Of a DNA stretch of 64,000 bases, positions 39,349 to 50,103 are shown piece after piece; position 1 is the stretch's first letter; every line of letters begins with the position of its first letter. The notes beneath the pieces were generated by a model that saw only the letters and a program-made list of their open reading frames with translations, did no database searches and was not told the origin of the DNA. Position numbers and translations under genes: made by a program. Origin of the DNA: Piromyces finnis finn (lineage: Eukaryota > Fungi > Neocallimastigomycota); the NCBI GenBank assembly GCA_002104945.1, contig MCFH01000076.1, positions 1 through 64,000 on the forward strand. The letters are read 5' to 3'.

Positions 39349-41808
39349 AAAATTTATGGTACGTATTATTTAATAATACCATAAATTTAATTATTTATTT
39401 TATTTCCAGGAGTCGAACAAAAGGGATTTATACAAAATAATATATTCTAATAAAAGAATAAAAAAAATGATTATTTGTATATTTATTTATATTATAACTA
39501 ATAATTATTTTTTAGTGTTATTAATTATTTTGCTTTTACTTTTATTATTTTTAACAATTTATACACAAAGTATTTGAATATAAGAAAAAAAAAGGATTAA
39601 ACATAAAAAAAATCTTATTTGTAACTTTCTCTTTTATTTTATTAATAAAAATAATTTTAAGTACATTTATATATTTAATATAAAAAATATTTTTAGTTAA
39701 AACAGATATAAAAATTCTCAATAATTAATTATATTTATCAAAGAACTCTCCTTTCTTAATAAAAGTGAATTTTTGTTATTTTTATATAAAATTTTTATAA
39801 TATTTTATTGGTTATTCAATAATAGATTAAATTATTATTTTTCTTAAATAATTGCTAACCCTTAAAAATAACTATATAAATTTAATATTTTTAACTATAT
39901 AATTTTATCACGTATCAACAAAATCTGTAAGAAATATTTGTGGCCATAAGTTTGCCCACAAATATTTCAATTGAAACCATATATTCTGGTCATCATTTAT
40001 TGGCCAAATATATGTATAACCATATATTAATGGTTATTAATTAAATAGGAAGTTTATCTGCTTTACCCAATCAAGTGGTAAAGAAAATAAACTCATATAG
40101 TTAAATAGTATAGTCAAAACTAACGTTAAATACTTTAGCGTTAGTATTAAAGTAAATTAATAGCTATAATAATAATTAATGTAGATAATTATAATAAATA
40201 AATAAAAGATATAATTAAAATATAATTATTTAAGTAAAAGTTATTTCATAAAATATTTATATAAGCGTTTATATTTATTTTAGTGTTATAATATTTATTT
40301 TCTTTCTTTTATTATTTTTTATAAAACTTTATTTAGTTATTAACTCGTATAGAAAGGTAATAACTAACTTAATTAACTAATTAGCAACTTATTAACTAAT
40401 ATTATAAAAAACCTTTTACAATACTAACGCTTTATAGTTAGTTCTTACGTTAGCTTAGTTTTAATTAGGTTAGTTTTATTAAAGTTCTTAAAAAACATAT
40501 TTTATTTTATTTAAATTATTGTTTAATAATAATCATTTACAATATTTTATATAATATTCAAATATTATATTTAAAAGAAGTAAATTTATTATTAAAAATA
40601 ATTATTTTTTAATAGTTTAGTAATAAAAAGTTCATTATTTTAAAATTTAAAATTCACTATAATCATATTTTATATAATAAATTCTTTAATTTATTGAAAG
40701 AATTTATTTTAGAGTTAGAAATGAAAAATACAGGTAAGTCGCCTAACCCTCGAGGTGTCCATAAATTGGACACAAAAACATCATTCGTATGTCAAAAAGC
40801 GATTTTTTTATTAAAGAAAAGTGTGGTAAGCACACTAGTTATATTAATTAACAAATATAATACGCTTTCCTATTGAAGGCGTAAAGCTAATAATATTTAT
40901 ATAAAGAAAATTAAATAATATTTTTATTTTAGCAATAACTTAATATCAGCATATATTAAGTTATTAAAAATATTAAAATTTTTAAAGTTTTAGGTTTTAT
41001 AGAAGTTTATAAATTTTATTAACTTTAAGTTAAAAAATTACTAACGCTAAAGCTTCGTAATTTTTGTCAATTTTTGTTCTTTTTATACATGAACAATTTT
41101 AATTATTACATTTTTTAATTTTAATTAATTATTATCTAATTATAAAATATTTAATTTTTATAAATTAATAATTAATATAATTATTGTAAATAGTTAATAA
41201 ATTTAAAATAAAATTTTTAATAATAAAATTTTAATAATTTTAAAAAATTTAATAATTTCAAATATTAGAAATTTTATACTTTGAAATTTTTTAATAAAAA
41301 TTTAAAAAATAAATTTTTTCAAATTTTCAAATTTTCAAATTTTGAAAAAATTTTTAATTTTTTCCATGTGTCCAAATTTTTTAAATTTTTATATATGTTA
41401 TTGTGACACTGCCCGTCCTAAGGGTCGTTTCGCCGGACGACCCAAAAATTTATGGACACTGGCACGTCATAATAATTTGGACATGGACACTTCCACGACA
41501 CTTAGAAAAATTTTGAGAATTTTCAAAAAATGGAAATTCACAATTTTTGAAAAAAAATCTAAGTGTTGAAAAAGTGAAGTGTAAAAGTGTTCAAGAAAAG
41601 TTGAGAGGGTATCACGTGGATTCTTCAGAAATGGAGACTACACGTGAAGGTTAGGGAAATGATATGACTCGAGGGGAAGCGGATTTTGGGGTGCGGAAAA
41701 GGTTGCGAAATTTGAGGGTTGAGGGCAAAGGCGAAAGAGGGTGGTTGGGTAGCGGAATAGTGGTTGGTAGTTGTAGTGGTGGCGACTAGTGGGTAGCGGA
41801 GTTGTGGG

Positions 41809-41990
41809 TAGTAGGTGGGGTAGTGGCGATAGGTGGGTAGTGAAGGAGTAAGAGTGGTAGACACTAGTAGGTGGGGTAGTGGCGATAGGTGGGTAGTGAA
41901 GGAGTAAGAGTGGTAGACACTAGTAGGTGGGGTAGTGGCGATAGGTGGGTAGTGAAGGAGTAAGGGTGGTAGACACTAGTAGGTGGGGTA
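41809..41990. repeat. 56-bp G-rich tandem repeat, about 3.25 copies, in the 3' UTR of B
   Basis: Units start at 41809, 41865, 41921 and 41977. Confidence 0.95.
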
Positions 41991-42009
41991 CTAATAAGTG
42001 GGGTCCAGA

Positions 42010-45000
42010 TTAAGAATCTGGGACGGAATTGGTGAATTGTTGGTAAGCGCGACGTTGGTAATCAGCTAAAAGGGTGCTGTAGTAGTCATCCTTATCAATG
42101 GTGTCAGCATTGATCCAACGTTGAGATAAGTCAGTAAAAGTGACTAAGTACTCGTAAAAATGACCCGATTTACGAGAACTAAGGATCTTGGTGATTTCAT
42201 TGGAGTTGGGATGGTTGAGCAATAGATGGTGAGGAGTGGGATGATATGGTTCGAGTTCACTGATGTGGAATACGGGGTAGACACGAGGGAAAGGTGAGGT
42301 AGATAAATCAAGGCGGTAGTTGAGCTTAGATTCATCGACACCAGTGACCTTGTATGGACCATACTTGCGGGTTTGGAGCTTGAACGCTAATGGAGGATGA
42401 TAATTAGCGGGTTTGCGAAGCCAAACAAGATCGTGGACCTTGAAGCGCTTAAAGTTGTGATAAAGGTGCTTATCCTTTTCATCGAGATAACGGGTACGAC
42501 TGACTTCGAGAGTATGCTTAAGGTCAGCTAAATTATGGGAGAAGCTATCGATGAGGGGATGAAGTCCTAAAGAAGAAACAAGGTCTGCAACTTGTGGGTT
42601 TGCGTGAACTTGATAATTATAAACGGAGAGAAATGGTGGTTGCTTGGTGGAAGCATGGATGGAGTTGTTGTAGCAAAATTCAGCTAAGTACAAATGATCC
42701 ATCCAACTGAGATCATCAAATTGAGCTAAGTAGCAACGAAGATAAGTTTCAACGTAGTCGTTGTTACGTTCTACTTGTCCAACAGTGCGGTGATGGCCAG
42801 TAGTAGCAGAGTGGTGATCGATATTAAAGAATTCCATCAAGTGGGACCAAAGACGACTTTCGAACTGAGTACCACGGTCTGTAACAATAGATAAGGGGAA
42901 TCCGTGCAGTTTGAAAATATGGTTAAGAAAAGCAGTAGCAGTTTCCTTAGCAGTGGGTAAATGTTTGAACCCAACTAAGTGTATCATCTTAGTTAAGTAG
43001 CAAGTAGTAACCATTATGGTACCTTGATGGTGGTTCGGATTGGTAGAGTCGAATGGTAAGGTAGAATTACAAGGTCTTGATGGTAAGTCCGTGATAAAGT
43101 CCATTTGTAGGTGTTGCCATGGAAGTTCCGGAAGAGGGACACGGATCATATTACCATAAGGAGCATGGTGATCGGTTTTCATTGCCTTGCATACACTACA
43201 GCTTCGAATATAAGACTCGACATCTTGACGCATATTAACCCAATAGAAATTACGTTTAAGAATGTCATAAGTCTTATCGACTCCCAAGTGACCGGCAGTG
43301 GGTGCATCATGGTTGAGCTTAATAACTAAGAGTCTTAGTTGACTTGGAACATATACTTGCTCCGGATGTTTGGTTCTTATTAAAAGGCCATCTTGAAGAA
43401 TCCAAGGATGATCACTATTTGGAACTTCAAGATCCTTAAGAATCTGACAAGCGGTTTCATCTTGAAGGTAGCACTGCTTAATGTCGTCAATGAAGCTAGT
43501 TTCCATAGAGAAGTAGCATTCATCTTCGTTGAATCCTTCTAATTGAGTTGGTTTAAGTAAGGACGATTCACTTATATCCTTACCAACTGTGAGCATATGG
43601 TCGGATCTACGAGAGAGAGCATCAGCTTTACCATTTTTCTTTCCTGGTCGATAGATAATCTTGAAATCAAAGGTAGCAAAGTATTCTTGCCAACGAGCTT
43701 GTCTTTGGGATAGAAGTTGCGGTTTGGTAGCAAAAAGCAAGTTTCGATGGTCTGAATAAACGGTAATAGGATATTTTGCACCTTGAAGTAAGTGACGCCA
43801 TTCGATAAAAGCTTGACGAATTGCTAAGAGTTCCTTTTCGGTGATAGAGTAATTAAGTTCTGCATCATGAAGGGTTTTAGAAAAGTAATAAACTGGATGC
43901 AGGTCTCCATCATCACCTTTTTGTGAAAGTACTCCCCCGATAGCAAAGTCACTTGCGTCACATTCAACTATGAATGGTTTATCATGATCAGGACAAAGTA
44001 AAACTGGGGCTGAAGTAAGAAATTCTTTAAGTTGATTAAATGCTCTATTACACTCGTCTGTCCATATGAAAGTGACGCCTTTCTTAGTTAAATTGTATAA
44101 TGGTTTTGCAATTTTAGAAAAGTTAGAGATAAAGCGACGGTAGTAATTGCATAACCCTAAGAAGGACTGAACTTCTTTCACAGTAGTAGGGATAGGCCAG
44201 TTCTTAACTGCTTCAATTTTGTGAGGATCAGTTTTGATTCCCTCCTTACTGATTACGTGACCCAAAAATTCGATTTCAGCTTTGTGAAACTCACATTTTT
44301 TGAGTTTCGCAACTAAGTTGTTTTCAATGATTAATTGAAGAACATTTCTAACATGTTGAACATGTTCTTCAAGGGTCTTGGAGTAGATAATGATATCATC
44401 CAAGTACACTTGAACGTACTTATTAATTTGATCACTAAAGATATCATTAATGAAAGCTTGGAAAACTGCAGGAGCATTAGTTAGTCCAAAAGGCATGACT
44501 AAGTACTCAAAGTGACCAAATGCCGTCCTGAATGCAGTCTTGTACTCGTCACCTTCTTTAATCCTAATTAAATTATAAGCTGACTTGAGGTCTAACTTAG
44601 TGAAATAGTTAGCACCTTTCATTGATTCAAAGACTGATAGGATTAAAGGTAGCGGATAGGCATTCTTGATAGTTTGGTCGTTGAGCTTGCGATAGTCAAC
44701 GCAAAATCTTAGACTACCATCCTTCTTATCTTGGAGTAGAACTGGATGTCCAGCAGGAGATCGGGATTTTCTAATGAATCCTTTATTCAAGTTTTCTTCA
44801 ATATACTCCTTAATAAATTGACGTTCAGTAGGAGTAGTTGGATAAATTGGCCCATAAAATAATGAAGCATTAGGTTTCAAATCGATAGAACAATCATATA
44901 CACGATGTTCAGGAAGTTCATCGGCTCGTTCTTCATTGAAGGCTTCATATAAATCTTCATATTCCAAAGGTATACCGTTGATAGATTCTACTAGTTCAGG

Positions 45001-46893
45001 ATTCTGATCATCGGCTATGAAGACTGTTTCTGTTGGAATGGAAGTTGATTTATCTAGATTTGAGTCTTCGAGTTCCGTGATAAACATAACTTCATGAAGA
45101 GGTGTAGATTTCTTCAAATCATTCCTAAAGTTAGGAGATTTAATCTCAGATCCATTATGGTTGGAGAAAGGAACAGGACCAATTTTAACTGTAAAGGAAT
45201 GGTCAGGTTGTGTTAAGATACAGAAGAAGTTGGTTTTCATGAACTTAGAACCTAGGAGAATCGAAGAAGGAAGCTGATCAGCTACGTGGCATCGAAGTTT
45301 GTATTGACGAACTTCTTCTCGAGTTCCTCCTATAGAAGATAAGTTCATTACAATGTTGAACTCTTCTGTGATGTAATGCATTAGGACATTACCTCCCATG
45401 ACCTTTACAACAGTATCAGCTGGTATGGTCTTAATTCCTAGTTTCTTCACTAAATCCATATGGATTACATTGGTAGTAGAGCCGGAATCTAAGAGAGACG
45501 AAGTGATAACCTGTCTAGATCCTTTAGAAGTTTTTACACTAGTCTTCACGATGGGATACTTCTCCGGATCAGGATTTGGTAGCTCTAAGATATCTTGCTC
45601 TTCTACTTCACAGAGATAGCTGGAGTATGAAGTACCATTATTAGGTTTAGTACTTTTATTGGGATTTTGGGTACTAGACTTGCTATCCAAGTTACTGGAG
45701 CCTTTTCCTTTTTGGTTAGACGGGCGATTGTTGTTATTGTTGTTCCTTTGGTTGTTATTACGATTGTTAGTCTTGTTAGGGTTCTTGGAATAAAGACTGC
45801 CATGAATACCTAATAAATTAGCTATTAAGGGCTCTTTGTCCTTGTAGTTAGCTTGTCTTTCCAAAGTATCATCGTAATAAGTATCCTTGGAAGCATCATA
45901 TTTGATTAGAAGATTCTTCAGTTCTTCTAACGTCTGTCTATCCGAAGTTAATTTACTAAAGGCGTGGTTCACGGTAGGTCGAACTTGGAAAAGCATGATG
46001 GTTAATTGAATGTCTTCGGAACATCCAATTAATTTGACATATTGGGAGAATTTTCCTAAGTATTCGGAAGCTTTTCCCCAACTATGTCTGAGCTTCATCA
46101 GGTCGATTTTGGTGATGTTGATATCCTTCGGGTTAAGGAATCTCTTACTTAAAGCTTCGTAAAGAACTTTTCTATTCGGATGAGATTCCTGGAAGTCTGC
46201 TTGTTCAACATCGTACCAATCTGCAGCATCACCAGTAAGACAATCTTCAATGAAGTTTACTTTCATAGCTTCATTGTTTCCATAGAACTTGATGTGTCTT
46301 AAGAAGTGGTGTTCGCATCGACGGATGAATCTACGTAATTGAATACTTTCTCCTGAGTAAGAAAGCATTTTTTCAGCGACGTTTGGAGGCGAAGCATCTC
46401 CCATGATGACGTCACCGTCAGGTTCGTGAGGGGTAGTAGCAGAAGGAGTAACGGGAGTAGACAACTCATCAACTCTTTGAGTAGCCTTGCTGATATGAGC
46501 TTTGATATCAGCGAGTTGATTGTCTTTCCTAGCATCGTTGACTTCTAAGGTAGCCATCTTACCCATAATAACTTGAGTAGAGTTTTCCAAAACAGTCAAA
46601 CGATCATTGAGACTTTCGTTTTCCCTTCTGGTAGCTTGAATATCAACCTTTAACTGATTGATATTCCCAGTTAAGGTAGCAGTTAAAGACTCAATGAGGG
46701 CCTTGAGATCCTCATTAGTAGTTGGCTTCTGAGTAGGATTACTCGTAGAAGCATTAGCTTGTCCGGAATGATTAGGCATCTTTGATTTTCTTACGGGAGT
46801 ATTTCCTGGGGAACGTTCTCTCTTGGTAGTTTGTAGGCGATTAAAAAATTCTTTTGTATCCACTTTAATAGGTGTAAGTGGAGACTTTTCCAT
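42010..46893 (-). CDS. gag-pol: Gag-Pol polyprotein of B
   Basis: LLDSGS; YLDD; CDASDFAIGG; HHCC/DDE; divergent chromodomain-like tail; no CCHC in Gag. Confidence 0.96.
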   Translation of the reverse strand: MEKSPLTPIKVDTKEFFNRLQTTKRERSPGNTPVRKSKMPNHSGQANASTSNPTQKPTTNEDLKALIESLTATLTGNINQLKVDIQATRRENESLNDRLTVLENSTQVIMGKMATLEVNDARKDNQLADIKAHISKATQRVDELSTPVTPSATTPHEPDGDVIMGDASPPNVAEKMLSYSGESIQLRRFIRRCEHHFLRHIKFYGNNEAMKVNFIEDCLTGDAADWYDVEQADFQESHPNRKVLYEALSKRFLNPKDINITKIDLMKLRHSWGKASEYLGKFSQYVKLIGCSEDIQLTIMLFQVRPTVNHAFSKLTSDRQTLEELKNLLIKYDASKDTYYDDTLERQANYKDKEPLIANLLGIHGSLYSKNPNKTNNRNNNQRNNNNNNRPSNQKGKGSSNLDSKSSTQNPNKSTKPNNGTSYSSYLCEVEEQDILELPNPDPEKYPIVKTSVKTSKGSRQVITSSLLDSGSTTNVIHMDLVKKLGIKTIPADTVVKVMGGNVLMHYITEEFNIVMNLSSIGGTREEVRQYKLRCHVADQLPSSILLGSKFMKTNFFCILTQPDHSFTVKIGPVPFSNHNGSEIKSPNFRNDLKKSTPLHEVMFITELEDSNLDKSTSIPTETVFIADDQNPELVESINGIPLEYEDLYEAFNEERADELPEHRVYDCSIDLKPNASLFYGPIYPTTPTERQFIKEYIEENLNKGFIRKSRSPAGHPVLLQDKKDGSLRFCVDYRKLNDQTIKNAYPLPLILSVFESMKGANYFTKLDLKSAYNLIRIKEGDEYKTAFRTAFGHFEYLVMPFGLTNAPAVFQAFINDIFSDQINKYVQVYLDDIIIYSKTLEEHVQHVRNVLQLIIENNLVAKLKKCEFHKAEIEFLGHVISKEGIKTDPHKIEAVKNWPIPTTVKEVQSFLGLCNYYRRFISNFSKIAKPLYNLTKKGVTFIWTDECNRAFNQLKEFLTSAPVLLCPDHDKPFIVECDASDFAIGGVLSQKGDDGDLHPVYYFSKTLHDAELNYSITEKELLAIRQAFIEWRHLLQGAKYPITVYSDHRNLLFATKPQLLSQRQARWQEYFATFDFKIIYRPGKKNGKADALSRRSDHMLTVGKDISESSLLKPTQLEGFNEDECYFSMETSFIDDIKQCYLQDETACQILKDLEVPNSDHPWILQDGLLIRTKHPEQVYVPSQLRLLVIKLNHDAPTAGHLGVDKTYDILKRNFYWVNMRQDVESYIRSCSVCKAMKTDHHAPYGNMIRVPLPELPWQHLQMDFITDLPSRPCNSTLPFDSTNPNHHQGTIMVTTCYLTKMIHLVGFKHLPTAKETATAFLNHIFKLHGFPLSIVTDRGTQFESRLWSHLMEFFNIDHHSATTGHHRTVGQVERNNDYVETYLRCYLAQFDDLSWMDHLYLAEFCYNNSIHASTKQPPFLSVYNYQVHANPQVADLVSSLGLHPLIDSFSHNLADLKHTLEVSRTRYLDEKDKHLYHNFKRFKVHDLVWLRKPANYHPPLAFKLQTRKYGPYKVTGVDESKLNYRLDLSTSPFPRVYPVFHISELEPYHPTPHHLLLNHPNSNEITKILSSRKSGHFYEYLVTFTDLSQRWINADTIDKDDYYSTLLADYQRRAYQQFTNSVPDS

Positions 46894-49803
46894 TAAACTT
46901 TAATTATTATATTTAGTTATTAATAATTACTAACTAATTGGTGCTTAGCGCACTTTTATAATAAGCGTTAGTAATGTCAAAAAGCGATTTTTTTATTAAA
47001 GAAAAGTGTGGTAAGCACACTAGTTATATTAATTAACAAATATAATACGCTTTCCTATTGAAGGCGTAAAGCTAATAATATTTATATAAAGAAAATTAAA
47101 TAATATTTTTATTTTAGCAATAACTTAATATCAGCATATATTAAGTTATTAAAAATATTAAAATTTTTAAAGTTTTAGGTTTTATAGAAGTTTATAAATT
47201 TTATTAACTTTAAGTTAAAAAATTACTAACGCTAAAGCTTCGTAATTTTTGTCAATTTTTGTTCTTTTTATACATGAACAATTTTAATTATTACATTTTT
47301 TAATTTTAATTAATTATTATCTAATTATAAAATATTTAATTTTTATAAATTAATAATTAATATAATTATTGTAAATAGTTAATAAATTTAAAATAAAATT
47401 TTTAATAATAAAATTTTAATAATTTTAAAAAATTTAATAATTTCAAATATTAGAAATTTTATACTTTGAAATTTTTTAATAAAAATTTAAAAAATAAATT
47501 TTTTCAAATTTTCAAATTTTCAAATTTTGAAAAAATTTTTAATTTTTTCCATGTGTCCAAATTTTTTAAATTTTTATATATGTTATTGTGACATCGTAAG
47601 GGACGGGACCCGTCCTGACGCGGCGAGCGCGGATGGCATGGATGGTGTAGAGGGAATGTCACGGGTTCGAACCCCGGTGCTTCTCGAAAGCACTGAGGTC
47701 GAATCTAATCAGAATTTACAGGTTCAACAGGGGGATTCTATGCCCGCCCCTGTTGATCCTTCTTTCTTTTTTACTAATAATAGTGAGGTAAACCCAATGC
47801 AACACATTGAAGTTCTTCTTAATAGATGGGTTTCGGAAATATCTAGCCAGTTTGCTAGTATGGGAAACCGTCTGGGTGCTATGGAAGAACAACTTCGTGG
47901 TATTGAGGTTTACAAGAGCGAGATAAACGATGCTCTTCAGCAAAAATTTGTTGAAGTGGATCAAAGGTTGGAAGCTAATGAGTCGGCTAGCCAAGTTAGC
48001 TTGGAAGAGCTGCATGCTGTGGAAAATGCCTTTACTGCAGAACATGAGGAAAGGTTACAAGACCACCAGCAAGTGCTAAACAACCAAGAAACGTTGTACC
48101 GCCAATCTAGTGCCTTTGTCTCTTATAAAAAAGAGCTTGAAGAAGAGATGGCCAGATTGAGGGAGCAACGAAACGCTCTAGAAGAAAGAGAAAAATTGTT
48201 CGAGGCTAAAGTCGAAGCCATGAACAGAAGAGCTGAAGCCAGAGCTCATGAAAGAACATCCTATCAAACCGGTGGTATGGGTAATCCTCATGGTGCTGGA
48301 ACTAGTAGTAGCACCAACCCTACGGAATACTCCGAGGATGGGGACGTAAAGATGTTCGACTGGCGAGTACATAGGTATGAAGAAAAAGTGCCTATGTTTG
48401 ATAATAATGGGATAGACTTAGAGGGTTTTCAAGAGAAGTGCTTACGTCATTTCAAACGTTACCCATATGACTATGGTAACGACGAAAAGGCAAAGGTTAG
48501 CTTCATTGAAGATCATCTAGGTGGGAAAGTATTGAGATGGTATAGACTTAGAGAGAGGATGCTGCAGCGTAGGAATCCTGATGCTGAAAGACTATTCCTC
48601 CACCTTCAAGATAAGTTTCCACCAGAGTCTCCCCATGAACTCTGCAAGTCAAAGTTGCTTAAGCTCACACATGAGTGGGGAAAAGCATACGATTACTTGG
48701 AAGAGTTCAATGAATTGACGGAAACACTTGGGCTCCCTGAAAATGTTAGGAGACAGGTGTTAATACAACAGGTCAGGCCTTCTGTCAGGGAAGCGTTCTA
48801 TGATATCCCTGAACAGGAACGTACGCTGGAAACATTAAGTGAAGTCTTGTTAAAGTGCGATGATCACCAAGCAGTCTTCCGTAATGAAACCATAGAAAAG
48901 TACGACAAAAGAGACCGCCAGACCACTATTATGGCATTGTTGGACATTACAGACCCATGTAGGCCATCTAGATGGGCTGAGTTGAAGCAGAAGAACAACA
49001 AGCCAAATAATAAGCCTAAAGTTGAGCAGACCAACACTCAGGCTTACGCAAAAAACAATAACGGTACTAAAGAACGTCGTGAATCCTTAAATAAGTCAAG
49101 CTTTAGAAGAAGTTCTAGCTTCCAACCAAGGCAAGGACCTTCTAGTATGGGAAATAACCCATTACCTAAGGCTATGGCAAGTCAAACGACGGTCAATAAC
49201 AGTTACTACAGTCAGAACCAACTAGTAGCTGAAATAAATGCAAGAAGCAAACCTCGAGATATAAAAAGGGTAGAAGTCTTGTATGATACTGGTTCCACTA
49301 CAAACCTCATTCACCCAAATTTGGCAAAGAAGCTCGGGTTAAAAGTAGTGGACAAACCAGCCATATTCAGAACTGTGAATGGAGATATCGAGTTAAAGCA
49401 GTTCTCAGATGACTTGCAGTTGAAGTTATGGTTAACTCCATCTGGCGAACAAGAAGCTAAACCATACTGCTTCAACACAAGTTGTCACCTATCCGACAAC
49501 ATGCCGGAGATGATCATTGTGGGACTGGGCTTCATGGATGAGCACTTTATCTACAGAGGTTATGATAAAGATGCACAAGTGAGGTACTTCGTGGTAGATA
49601 ATGATAAGGATAAAGGACATACCAACAGTTATGGTGTAAATGGTGGCGATATCTACTACTGTACTCAATTAAGTCCCATAACTACAGTTACTAATGCAAA
49701 AGCAAGAAGGCCTCTGGTAACTGTAACTGCGGAAAACATAGAAGCCGAAATCGTGGGTAATGGTAGCCACAAGGCTACAAAGGAAACCAGAAACGGAAGT
49801 TCC

Positions 49804-50103
49804 AGAGGGTTGGCGTCGAGTTCCAACTTAGAGAAAAATCCCGTTTCAGTAGGGTTGGTACAGAGTGCTAGCTTAGAGAAAAAATGTGTTTCCGGAGGGT
49901 TGACACGAAGTTCTGACTTAGAGAAAAATCCCGTTTCAGTAGGGTTGGTACAGAGTGTTGACTTAGAGAAAAAATGTGATTCCGGAGGGTTGGCATTTGA
50001 ATCCAACTTAGAGAAAACTTGTGTTTCAGTAGGGTTGGTACAAGAGTCGAACTTAGAGAAAAATCACATTTACGTAGGGTTGGTACAGGAAGAAAACTTA
50101 AAC
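49804..50103 (+). repeat. 45-bp (15-aa) coding tandem repeat, about 6.7 copies, between protease and RT of A
   Basis: xGLxxxxxLEKxxxS units, e.g. VGLVQSASLEKKCVS / GGLTRSSDLEKNPVS. Confidence 0.93.

Larger units (their letters stand above)
31482..39917 (-). mobile_element. Ty3/gypsy non-chromoviral element F; LTRs 31482-32042 and 39357-39917
   Basis: 561-bp direct repeats with TGATACGT...ACGTACCA termini; 4-bp TSD ACAA; tRNA PBS; gag and pol in different frames. Confidence 0.94.
40790..47593 (-). mobile_element. Intact Ty3/gypsy element B; LTRs 40790-41408 and 46975-47593
   Basis: 619-bp LTRs, apparently identical; TSD TCGTA; PPT AGGACGGGCAG. Confidence 0.97.

Noticed and set aside
40730-40762. 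Perfect splice donor CAG/GTAAGT and nearby CTAAC in the A leader
   Set aside because: It falls inside the reconstructed in-frame gag N-terminus, and no convincing acceptor was identified; needs RNA-seq
47527-47598. N-terminus of the 1862-aa ORF as listed (MKKFLIF...)
   Set aside because: It lies within the B LTR and TSD. The real A start is ATG 40721 on the other side of B; the same LTR sequence creates the spurious ORF 41342-41569.
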